From Candidatus Zixiibacteriota bacterium (GTDB lineage Bacteria; Zixibacteria; MSB-5A5; GN15; JAAZOE01), in assembly GCA_043819555.1 (NCBI GenBank), contig JBDREQ010000024.1:1-54288 (forward strand): 54,288 nt of DNA. Direction: 5' to 3'. The position numbers were made by a program, and so were the translations under genes. The notes below the pieces were generated by a model. It was not told the DNA's origin, ran no database searches, and saw only the letters and a list, made by a program, of their open reading frames with translations. Positions 37,153 through 46,097 of this stretch are shown here, piece by piece. The stretch's first letter is position 1, and every line of letters starts with the position of its first letter.

Positions 37153-37859
37153 AATTCGGTGTTGTGACATTTCCCGGTTCCAATGGCGATTATGATTCCT
37201 ATACTGCCGCCAAATTCGCCCTCGGAGAAGAAACAACCTTTTTGTGGCACAAATCAAGTTCTCTGGAGGGATGCGATGTTATCATCCTGCCCGGGGGATT
37301 TTCATACGGCGATTACCTGCGCAGCGGCTCGATCGCGAGGTTTTCTCCCATTATGAAAGCGGTCATCGAATTCGCGCATTCCGGAGGCATTGTAATCGGC
37401 TTCTGCAACGGATTTCAAGTCCTGGTAGAATCCGGACTGCTTCCTGGGGCTTTAATGCGCAATTCTCATTTACGTTTTCGCCATAGATACATATATCTCA
37501 AAGTTGAAGATTACAGTACGCCGTTTACCAACTCATGCCCGCCGGGAAAAACGCTGAAGATTCCAATTGCTCATGGCGACGGCAACTACTATAATTTTCA
37601 GTCGGAAATTGATGAACTCGAGAAAAACGGACAAATAGTTTTTAGATATGCGGAACAGGACGGAACGATTTCTAAGGAATCAAATCCCAACGGATCGCTT
37701 CAAAATATCGCCGGAATTTGCAACATAGAAGGCAATGTATTGGGGATGATGCCCCATCCGGAACGAGCCGCTGAAAAAATCCTTAATTCCGATGACGGCC
37801 TTTATATCTTTAAATCAATGGCCGCTCATTTTGAAAAGGAACCGGTTAAATCTGGCTGA
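37149..37859 (+). CDS. purQ: Phosphoribosylformylglycinamidine synthase subunit PurQ
   Basis: FPGSN, PGGFSYGDYLR, CNGFQ, MMPHPER. Confidence 0.97.
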   Translation: MKFGVVTFPGSNGDYDSYTAAKFALGEETTFLWHKSSSLEGCDVIILPGGFSYGDYLRSGSIARFSPIMKAVIEFAHSGGIVIGFCNGFQVLVESGLLPGALMRNSHLRFRHRYIYLKVEDYSTPFTNSCPPGKTLKIPIAHGDGNYYNFQSEIDELEKNGQIVFRYAEQDGTISKESNPNGSLQNIAGICNIEGNVLGMMPHPERAAEKILNSDDGLYIFKSMAAHFEKEPVKSG

Positions 37860-37879
37860 ATGCCATATTTTGGTAAGTT

Positions 37880-38146
37880 ATGAAAAGACGTGAAGTAATC
37901 TTTATTGTCACCAGTTTGGTATTGGGGGCCGTTATCGGCGGACTTGTGGGAGACATAATCGCGACGTATCTTCCGCCTGGAGCGGCCAAAACCTTATTTT
38001 CCAAATCAATTCAAATCGGAGTCGACACATTCCGATTTGATTTTTACGCGATCGCCTTTACTTTTGGACTTATGATAAAAATAAACTTTTTATCGGTCCT
38101 GACCGTAATATTAGTGATCGTTTATTTTCGCTGGTGGTACCTATAA
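37880..38146 (+). CDS. Small membrane protein (DUF4321-like)
   Basis: Two hydrophobic segments, G..IG..VG and TFG..IKIN motifs. Confidence 0.65.
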   Translation: MKRREVIFIVTSLVLGAVIGGLVGDIIATYLPPGAAKTLFSKSIQIGVDTFRFDFYAIAFTFGLMIKINFLSVLTVILVIVYFRWWYL

Positions 38147-38170
38147 TCGGCGACTAAAGGAGATTATATT

Positions 38171-38374
38171 ATGTTAAGTATGCCCGGATGGGGCGAATTA
38201 CTGGTAGTTTTTTTGCTGATTTTACTCTTTTTTGGCGCCAAGAGGATTCCTGATATCGCGACTGGATTGGGAAGAGGAATCCGCGATTTCAAAAAGGCTC
38301 TAAAAGATACAAAGGATGAGATTACCAAGGATAATTCGACGACCGAAAAACTGGAAGACAAAAAAGATGATTGA
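38171..38374 (+). CDS. tatA: Twin-arginine translocase TatA/E subunit
   Basis: G..EL...LLFFGAKRIP....LGRGIRDFKK. Confidence 0.94.
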   Translation: MLSMPGWGELLVVFLLILLFFGAKRIPDIATGLGRGIRDFKKALKDTKDEITKDNSTTEKLEDKKDD

Positions 38375-38828
38375 ATTTACTGATAGTGACATGCAGAGGG
38401 TAATTGATGTCCTGGGGGCCGATAGGTTTACTTTTGCCGAGGATCACTATCGGGTCAAGCTTGAAAACCGTGAAGAACTACGCCTATTGACGCTTGAAAT
38501 TTACCCCAAAATTAAATTGGGTGATAAAGATGGCATGCTGGTTGTAGTCTATACGGCCAGCGCTCATCTGCAAATCCACAATTGCAGCGGGTACGTTTGC
38601 AGTAAGGAATTGGGCGAGGTAACCTTTATTGCAGAAACTTATGGGACCCTTTCGGGACTGGTTGTCGAACAGGGGGCGGCCTGTTCCTTTTACGCCGGAA
38701 TCGATCGTAAACTTATCTCATCGGATTTTACTAAATTGGGAGTAGAGGTAATGCTATCGGGAGTTGCCCTCTCTCTGGCAGAAGAAATAATTAATAAGGA
38801 TACTCCGGATAGTACCAGAGAAGAATAA
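38367..38828 (+). CDS. Hypothetical protein
   Basis: ATG overlaps the tatA 3' end; 153-aa globular-looking ORF filling the gap. Confidence 0.7.
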   Translation: MIEFTDSDMQRVIDVLGADRFTFAEDHYRVKLENREELRLLTLEIYPKIKLGDKDGMLVVVYTASAHLQIHNCSGYVCSKELGEVTFIAETYGTLSGLVVEQGAACSFYAGIDRKLISSDFTKLGVEVMLSGVALSLAEEIINKDTPDSTREE

Positions 38829-38857
38829 TCCCCAAAGGGCTGATCGACTCAGCCCTC

Positions 38858-41338
38858 TTATCGTGCCATACTGAATGATTCCACAAAATCAATCAATAAT
38901 TTCTTAATATCTGTGGCCTTTTGGTATCTTTCGACCGGATTTTTCTTGAGTGCATTCAAAACGATATGATCATATATCGCCGGAATACTATCATTAATGG
39001 TCGATGGGGGCACCGGATCCTTATTGATGATGCTGTATATCAGGGCGGTCATGTTCTCACCCTTGAATGGCCGGCGTCCGGTCAGCATTTCATAAATCAC
39101 TACACCCAGGGAGAATATATCACAGCGGCGATCTACCACTTTCCCTTGTAGAAGTTCCGGCGAAATATAATTGGGGGTGCCCATGGCGATGCCGGTTTTG
39201 GTCATCGAAGATGAATCGACGCGAGCGATACCAAAATCCATGACCTTAACTGTATAATCCTTGAGAACCATAATATTCGCGGGCTTGATATCTCTATGGA
39301 CAATTCCCTGATCATGAGCGTAATCCAAGGCGTTACAAATCTGAATAATAATGTTGGCAATGATCTTATAGGAAAACTGAACTTTTTTATTAATCAAATC
39401 TTCCAATACTTGACCATCGAGGCATTCCATAGCGATATACTGCATTGTTCCTTCCGAGCCCACATCGTATATCGTCACGATATTTGGATGCGATAACTTT
39501 CCGGCGGCTTGAGCCTCGCGGAACAAACGATCCCTCAATTCGGCCAATTCTTTTTCATCGGATACAAAATCCAGGCGAATTGTTTTTAAAGCGACCGGTC
39601 GGTTTATTGCCGGATCAACCCCCTTAAAAACCGTTCCCATGGCTCCTTTGCCAAGAACACCGGTAACTTTGTAACGTCCCAAGCTTTCAATTCTATTGGC
39701 GTCCCTGAACATTTGAGCGCTAGCGCCCGGAGATTCATTGGCCAAACCGGAAAGCGGCTCCATAGTTGCCGGTTCGATTTCCGCATCCTGTGCCGGCTCG
39801 TTTGTAGAGGGAGCTGGGATAATCTGATCGGAAATTGATGCTCCCTGGTATTGATCATAATCAGCCGATTCTTCAATACCTGCATTTTTATTTGAACCTA
39901 TTGCTTTGGTTTCGGCATTAGCCATACCAGTCACAGATTTTTTATGAATATCGGCGGGTAATATCTCGGTTTTTTGGAATTCAGGTTCATAACCGGTATC
40001 TTTCAACTCTCTTACCGGTATATTTGTATTTTGACCTGCCGCATGACTTCCTTCTTTTAATGTTCCAAAGAAACTGAATATTTTAGATAATTCAAGACTG
40101 CCGCCTGCGCCTACTTTAGAATCATCCAGCAACGGCGCGGCCATCATCATCAGTAATATTTCAAGGCCAAAGTACAAAAATCGTGGCATCAATTGATAAG
40201 AATTGAATAATACATAATTGAGATTGGCTATGATAATGAGGCCGACCAAAAGTATAATCATTCGATACATTAAGGTTACGCGCGGCAGCATAAACGCGAA
40301 CATTATTCCCAATCCAACAAGTACGAGTATATCAAGCCCGGTCGAAAAACTCAAAGTTTCGACATAATTGGCATGAATGATATTTTCGAATATATTGGCC
40401 ATCAGCTCGCCTTGAGACATTTGCTCCGCAACGGGCGTTTTGAAACTGTTGGCTGTCCCGATTGCCGAAAGATTTATTATGACCGCCCTGCCTTTAAGAT
40501 TCGATAGATTAATTTTTTCATCAATTAAATCAATGGCGCTGTATTCTCTGAAAGTTGATCCCTGAGTATTGTAATTTATCAAAACGCGGCCGTTTTTATC
40601 AGTAGGCACGACATAGGGACCAAATTTTACAGATTCACCGCCCATAATTTTGATTTGATTGGCAGAATATCCAAGGTGCAGAGCGGCCGCCATTAGCGTT
40701 GCCGAAGGATAATAAAAGCTGTTATAATTGGCGATAATCGGCGACCAGCGTACCGATCTGTCTTCGGCGTATTCAGTATATACAAATCCTAATCCATCAG
40801 CGTATTCGCAAATCAGGCCGGAGGGTAAAAACGGCTTGCGAACGTTTAGGGCATGATGCTCATCCAAAAGTCCCAAATCTGAATCGACCAGAATTGAGCT
40901 CTTGTATAAATACTGCGGACGCGACATTTTCTGATTGGAATAATCCGATAGAGCAATATCATATGTCAGGACAATATTGTTGGCCCATGATACTTGATTG
41001 GCTAATATCTTTGTTCTTCCTGTCGTATCTTCAGCTACGAGGGATGGCAACTCAAGGTTCACCAGCATTGATTTAGGTTCGGCAGAAATGCACGCCGCCA
41101 CCAAATCAGCGACCGATTCATAATTCCATGGCCATTCACCGATAGCATCCACCGATTTGTCATCGATATTAACCAGTATAATATCCGAAGCGGGATTGCT
41201 GCTTCCTCTTACGGCATACATGAGATCATCGATTTTCCATTGCAGTTTTTTCATTCCGGCAAAATCGCCGAGATACAGGCTGATTACCAGAACCGCAATC
41301 AAAGTGTAAAGCAAATATGACGATAAATTCTTTGGCAT
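38858..41338 (-). CDS. Membrane Ser/Thr protein kinase with extracytoplasmic CHASE2 sensor
   Basis: IDDKS...GEWPW CHASE2 start, three TM helices, then GKGAMG, VALK, HRDIKPAN, DFG, GTPNYISPE; ATG 41338 after GAGGCGG. Confidence 0.93.
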   Translation of the reverse strand: MPKNLSSYLLYTLIAVLVISLYLGDFAGMKKLQWKIDDLMYAVRGSSNPASDIILVNIDDKSVDAIGEWPWNYESVADLVAACISAEPKSMLVNLELPSLVAEDTTGRTKILANQVSWANNIVLTYDIALSDYSNQKMSRPQYLYKSSILVDSDLGLLDEHHALNVRKPFLPSGLICEYADGLGFVYTEYAEDRSVRWSPIIANYNSFYYPSATLMAAALHLGYSANQIKIMGGESVKFGPYVVPTDKNGRVLINYNTQGSTFREYSAIDLIDEKINLSNLKGRAVIINLSAIGTANSFKTPVAEQMSQGELMANIFENIIHANYVETLSFSTGLDILVLVGLGIMFAFMLPRVTLMYRMIILLVGLIIIANLNYVLFNSYQLMPRFLYFGLEILLMMMAAPLLDDSKVGAGGSLELSKIFSFFGTLKEGSHAAGQNTNIPVRELKDTGYEPEFQKTEILPADIHKKSVTGMANAETKAIGSNKNAGIEESADYDQYQGASISDQIIPAPSTNEPAQDAEIEPATMEPLSGLANESPGASAQMFRDANRIESLGRYKVTGVLGKGAMGTVFKGVDPAINRPVALKTIRLDFVSDEKELAELRDRLFREAQAAGKLSHPNIVTIYDVGSEGTMQYIAMECLDGQVLEDLINKKVQFSYKIIANIIIQICNALDYAHDQGIVHRDIKPANIMVLKDYTVKVMDFGIARVDSSSMTKTGIAMGTPNYISPELLQGKVVDRRCDIFSLGVVIYEMLTGRRPFKGENMTALIYSIINKDPVPPSTINDSIPAIYDHIVLNALKKNPVERYQKATDIKKLLIDFVESFSMAR

Positions 41339-41353
41339 AACCGCCTCATCCAT

Positions 41354-42085
41354 CTATTTTCCATTGGCCAGACGACTGGCTAAAAATTCAGGTAACTGGG
41401 CTTTTCGCAGTTTTTTCTGCGCCCGTTCCAAATCGTATTTCGTACGGCAAAAATCAATTTGGTTTTTATCCGTATTAGCAATTACAAAACAAGCGTCGGC
41501 ATTGCCATCACGAGGCTGTCCGACTGAACCTACATTTATGATATATCTGCAATCAGGTTTGGCCTCAAATGAAGTGATCGTATCGGTCATTAAAACCGAA
41601 CCGTCCGGATGCAGGCAAAACACGCACGGCAAATGAGAGTGTCCCACAAAACAAATCTGTTGATTGAAATGCTCAAAACCCTCCTTGGCATCATCGGGGG
41701 TCAGTAAATAATTCCAGTCTGAGGGACAATCAGGCGTGCCATGAACAAAATAATAATCAAGAAATGTAGCCTCCATGTCAAAATTGGACAAAGTCTCAAT
41801 TGTTTTTCGCTTGATCCTGTTTTGTGTCCACCTCATTGATTCTTTGGCAATAGGATTGAAATTATCCGAATCCTCCAATCCCAGGGCGACATAATCATGG
41901 TTTCCCAGGAGTTTTATATCGCATAACTTATCAATGATTTTTACGCATTTGTTTGGATCAGCGCCATAACCAACAGCATCTCCCAGAAAAAATATCTTTT
42001 CGGCTCTTTGTCTCTCTATTTCCGCGAGAGTAGCGTTTAAGGCCTCAAGATTGGCATGTACATCAGATAGTATGGCCAGTTTCAT
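41354..42085 (-). CDS. Calcineurin-like metallophosphoesterase (YfcE/MJ0912-like)
   Basis: SDVHAN, LGDAVGYG, GNHD, VHG, GHSH, NVGSVGQPRDG. Confidence 0.92.
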   Translation of the reverse strand: MKLAILSDVHANLEALNATLAEIERQRAEKIFFLGDAVGYGADPNKCVKIIDKLCDIKLLGNHDYVALGLEDSDNFNPIAKESMRWTQNRIKRKTIETLSNFDMEATFLDYYFVHGTPDCPSDWNYLLTPDDAKEGFEHFNQQICFVGHSHLPCVFCLHPDGSVLMTDTITSFEAKPDCRYIINVGSVGQPRDGNADACFVIANTDKNQIDFCRTKYDLERAQKKLRKAQLPEFLASRLANGK

Positions 42086-42088
42086 TTA

Positions 42089-42778
42089 TTAGTTCCCTTC
42101 AACAAATCGGAATGTCGATTTCCCAACCTGAATAATATCACTATTTTTGAGAGATGTACGCGTTACCACATCTCCATTAACTTTGGTTTTGCCGCGCCGC
42201 CCGAGATTGACAATGTAATGATCATTGCCTTCCTTGATAATCTTGGCCTGAATTCCGGAAATCATAAATCCTCTGGCTTGGATATGAACGAATTTGGCCT
42301 TTCCGATAGTCGTGACATCGCGGTCAATCTTAAATTCTGATGTCCTTGTGTTTTCCAGACCCAAAATGACCGTCCCGCCTACCCGAGTAACTATTTCGCG
42401 TTCCTTGCGGTCATTGTCAACCAGCTTCCGTTGCTGCTTGGTGTTCAATATCATGGTGCCATCCATCTGCCCGGCATGGTCCGGCTTATCGGTTTCCTGA
42501 TTAAACTCCAATGAATACTTCCCAATCGTTATTATATCATGGTCCCGCAACATCTCTTCAGATATCCTGCGGTTATTAACGAATACACCGTTTAGTGATT
42601 CATTGTCGATGATAATGGCGTTATCACCATTAAATTCGATTTGAGCGTGCTTGCGTGAAACCCCGCGATTTTCCAAAACGATATCATTATCTTTGGTGCG
42701 TCCGATACTGATTCGTTTTTTCTCTGTCACTACCTTTTCAATGACTTTTTCATTGAATTTTACGACTAATTCGGGCAT
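42089..42778 (-). CDS. Double FHA-domain protein
   Basis: IGR..DNDI...VSRKHA...SLNGVFVN; second degenerate FHA IGK...ISGIQA...TKVNG. Confidence 0.9.
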   Translation of the reverse strand: MPELVVKFNEKVIEKVVTEKKRISIGRTKDNDIVLENRGVSRKHAQIEFNGDNAIIIDNESLNGVFVNNRRISEEMLRDHDIITIGKYSLEFNQETDKPDHAGQMDGTMILNTKQQRKLVDNDRKEREIVTRVGGTVILGLENTRTSEFKIDRDVTTIGKAKFVHIQARGFMISGIQAKIIKEGNDHYIVNLGRRGKTKVNGDVVTRTSLKNSDIIQVGKSTFRFVEGN

Positions 42779-42896
42779 AGAAATCTCCTCTCGATATTAC
42801 TTCGCTCGAAAAAATAAAATTCCAATCATAATTCCCTAACGGTAAATAAACTTACCCGGTGTTGCCAAAACTATGCTCTTTTGTTATTTTGTCGGC

Positions 42897-43886
42897 ATGA
42901 TGATTGGAAACTTAAATGTAAAGGGGAATGTCTTTTGCGCCCCCATGGCAGGAATTTCCAATCCTGCATACAGATTGCTTGCCCGGCGCTTTGGAGCCGC
43001 CGTTGTTTATACGGAAATGGTTTCCAGCCATGGACTTGCTTACGGAGGAGAAAAAACTGCGAAACTACTGAGTTTTGGACCGGAGGAAAAGCCAATCGGA
43101 ATCCAGCTTTTTGGCGCCGATCCCGACATTATGTACCGCGCCGCACAAATCGTTTCAAAACTAAATCCGGATATAATTGATTTGAATTTTGGCTGTCCCG
43201 CCAAAAAAGTTGTTAGAAAAAACGGGGGTGCGGCAGTTCTCAAAGATATGGAATTAACCCGATCTTTGGTTGAAGCGGCCGTGAGCGGCAGTAGCCGCCC
43301 TGTGACCGTAAAGTTGCGGTCCGGCTGGGATGAAACAACAAAGAATTTTATTGAAGCCGGGCAAATATGCGAACAAGCCGGGGCTGCAGCCATTACCCTG
43401 CACGCCCGCACCAAAAGCAAACAATTCAGCGGCAATGCGTGTTGGGATGACATAAGGAGGCTTAAACAATCGGTGTCGATTCCAGTCATAGGCAACGGCG
43501 ACATATGTTCCGGTCCTGATGCTCAAAAAATACTGGATTCAACCGGCTGCGATGCAGTTATGATTGGTCGGGCAGCGCTGGGAAATCCCTGGATTTTCCG
43601 AGAAATAAATCATTATCTTATGCATAAAGATGTCTTCCCCCCTCCGGGTTTGAATGAAAAGGCAGAAATCATTTTGGAGCACACCCGTTTTCTGGCATTA
43701 CATATTGGTGAAGGGCGGGCTGTTTTTCAAATGAGAAAACACGTCGCCTGGTACGTAAAGGGCATGATCGGCAGCAGCGAAATAAGAAGGAGGGTTAACA
43801 AAATTGATTCCTTCCCGGAATTGGTTAGTTTACTTTCTGATATAGCCAATGATAAAACAGGTCAATTCTGCATTGAAACCGGATAA
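42897..43886 (+). CDS. dusB: tRNA-dihydrouridine synthase B
   Basis: APMAG, TEMVS, QLFG, NFGCP, HART, GNGDI, MIGR...GNPWIF. Confidence 0.95.
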   Translation: MMIGNLNVKGNVFCAPMAGISNPAYRLLARRFGAAVVYTEMVSSHGLAYGGEKTAKLLSFGPEEKPIGIQLFGADPDIMYRAAQIVSKLNPDIIDLNFGCPAKKVVRKNGGAAVLKDMELTRSLVEAAVSGSSRPVTVKLRSGWDETTKNFIEAGQICEQAGAAAITLHARTKSKQFSGNACWDDIRRLKQSVSIPVIGNGDICSGPDAQKILDSTGCDAVMIGRAALGNPWIFREINHYLMHKDVFPPPGLNEKAEIILEHTRFLALHIGEGRAVFQMRKHVAWYVKGMIGSSEIRRRVNKIDSFPELVSLLSDIANDKTGQFCIETG

Positions 43887-43998
43887 TTAACTCACGACTT
43901 AAGTTTTTGGTTAAAAATTGGTTGCCCGAACTGCCAGATGATTTTATATTCCCTCAAATTACTCAGACAATCACTTTAGAAAGGATCAAATCTCGACC

Positions 43999-44955
43999 AT
44001 GAAAATTCTAACGATTGCCGAGCAAAAAGGAAATGAATTATCAAATATAAGCTTTGAGTCTATTGGCGCAGCCAAAGCTCTTGACGGCGATATTATGACC
44101 TTATTAATCTGCGGCGACGCCGGGGGTATGGGGGATAAATTGGCGGCCAGAGGAGCTAAAGTCCGTGTCTTCGCCGATCCTCAACTGGAAAATTTCAACG
44201 ATGAATCGTACGCGAGAATTGTGAAATATTTGATTGATAAAGAAACCCCAGATCTTATCATTGGTTCGGCAACCTTTTATGGCAAGGCTTTGATGGGTCG
44301 TCTGGCCGCACTTTGCGGAGGAGGGCTCGCATCTGATTGTACCGGACTTTCAATGGATAATGATGCAGTCACGGCAGTCAGACCCTCTTATGGTGGGAAT
44401 GTTTTCTTCTCCGTTCAAAATAATTCGTCCGCGCCATTTTTTGTGTCTCTGCGCCCCAAAGCGTTTCCGGAAGCAGGCGCTGGAGATGGCGGCCAGATTA
44501 CAATTATGGAAATTGATCAGGGCCTTTTGACTACTAAGGCCAAAGTCACCGGACGAGTTACATCCGCTGCGGGCAAAGTTAATCTTACGGAAGCCGATAT
44601 TATAGTTTCCGCCGGACGAGGTATCCGAGGCGCGGAGAATCTAAACATCATTCAGGAAATGGCCGATACGGTTGGAGCAGCCATGGGTGCGTCGCGGGCC
44701 ATTGTTGATGCCGGATGGATTGATTACTCGTATCAAGTCGGCCAGACCGGCAAGACCGTTAATCCCAAACTTTATTTTGCGATTGGCATTTCGGGAGCAA
44801 TTCAACACCTGGTTGGAATGCGTTCTTCAAAAACGATTGTAGCCATTAACCGTGACAAAGATGCCCCGATTTTCAATATTGCCAACTATGGCATTGTTGG
44901 GGATCTCTTTGAAATTGTCCCGGCGTTAACCGCAAAACTCAAAGAGGTCATGTAA
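43999..44955 (+). CDS. etfA: Electron transfer flavoprotein alpha subunit
   Basis: LTEADIIVSAGRG, GASRAIVDAGW, QVGQTGKTV, GISGAIQHLVGM. Confidence 0.96.
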   Translation: MKILTIAEQKGNELSNISFESIGAAKALDGDIMTLLICGDAGGMGDKLAARGAKVRVFADPQLENFNDESYARIVKYLIDKETPDLIIGSATFYGKALMGRLAALCGGGLASDCTGLSMDNDAVTAVRPSYGGNVFFSVQNNSSAPFFVSLRPKAFPEAGAGDGGQITIMEIDQGLLTTKAKVTGRVTSAAGKVNLTEADIIVSAGRGIRGAENLNIIQEMADTVGAAMGASRAIVDAGWIDYSYQVGQTGKTVNPKLYFAIGISGAIQHLVGMRSSKTIVAINRDKDAPIFNIANYGIVGDLFEIVPALTAKLKEVM

Positions 44956-45010
44956 GCCCCAAATCTTAAAAATTCCTCCGAAAGGATGGATTCATCTTGC
45001 GGACAAATTC

Positions 45011-45934
45011 ATGAAGAAATTATCTGTAATTGATATTGGAACCAATTCAGTCCTTTTCTCGATTTTCGACATTAAGGATGATGCCAGGGAAATTCATTTC
45101 GAACGGTTTTCTCCTCGAATCGGTGAAAATCTGAGAGACAAAAAAAATCCTCGTATCAGCGACGAGAATTACAAAAATCTCTTGAAAATTATTAGGCGAT
45201 TGAGGGAATTTTCCATCAAACAAGGTGTTGGCAAAATCATAATTGCCGCGACTAATCCGTTAAGGTTGGCTCAAAATGGCCAGGCAATAATTCGCAGGCT
45301 TGAAACCGACCTGGAAAACGAAGTACGAGTTCTATCTCCCGAAGAAGAAGCTCATCTTTCTTTTATCGGAGCGGTCGGATATCACCGGGGCAATAAATTT
45401 GCCGGCGTTATCGACCTTGGCGGCGGCTCGACCGAGTTGATTTCATTTAAAGGGGCAAATAGAATAGCCTTTATTTCGCTTCCGGAAGGGGCGGTAAGTT
45501 TAACTGAAATATTCGATGCCGGCTCAAAAATCAATGAAAACAGATTCTACGAATTTGATAATTATCTGTCTCGATATAACAAAGCCATTGCTTCCGTCAA
45601 GCCATTTATGGCCGGGCGCATACACCTGGTTGGCGGGACTTCATCGGCCCTGGCTTACCTGATTGATAATCAGTTCTTCAAACTAAAAGGCGGGTTAGAT
45701 ATTTCACGGGACAGCCTAAATGACATGGTCATAAATCTTGCTGCCCAAAACCTGGCCTCCCGTCGTAAATCGCTTCCGGTAGATAAAAAACGAGCCGATA
45801 TTATTTTTGCGGGAGCTTTTTGGCTGCTTTATTTGTTTAAACAATTGAATATAAAAACAGCAATTGCCAGCCCGTTCGGTCTCAGGCACGGCTTGGCCCG
45901 TGAATTTGTCAGGAGACGTTCTTTTACGGCTTGA
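45011..45934 (+). CDS. ppx: Ppx/GppA phosphatase family protein (short form)
   Basis: IDIGTNS, AT..LR.A.N, EEA, DLGGGSTE, GGT, RAD, GLRHG. Confidence 0.85.
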   Translation: MKKLSVIDIGTNSVLFSIFDIKDDAREIHFERFSPRIGENLRDKKNPRISDENYKNLLKIIRRLREFSIKQGVGKIIIAATNPLRLAQNGQAIIRRLETDLENEVRVLSPEEEAHLSFIGAVGYHRGNKFAGVIDLGGGSTELISFKGANRIAFISLPEGAVSLTEIFDAGSKINENRFYEFDNYLSRYNKAIASVKPFMAGRIHLVGGTSSALAYLIDNQFFKLKGGLDISRDSLNDMVINLAAQNLASRRKSLPVDKKRADIIFAGAFWLLYLFKQLNIKTAIASPFGLRHGLAREFVRRRSFTA

Positions 45935-46097
45935 CTTTGATATACGATTAAGTAGATTGGTGTGGCACTGGAGGATTATGTAAATTTTCGCTAATGTGCG
46001 TGGAGTAAATGAAATATTTAACGATTTGAATCAAACGGCCGCCGCCCCGTCCGGTGTTTTAGGGTGTGCGGTATTTTTATTGGCGGGAAGGAATTAA

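Noticed and set aside
38858..42778. Anti-phage kinase system or type VI secretion regulatory module
   Set aside because: The kinase has a CHASE2 sensor and housekeeping neighbours; no defence or T6SS genes are in the window.
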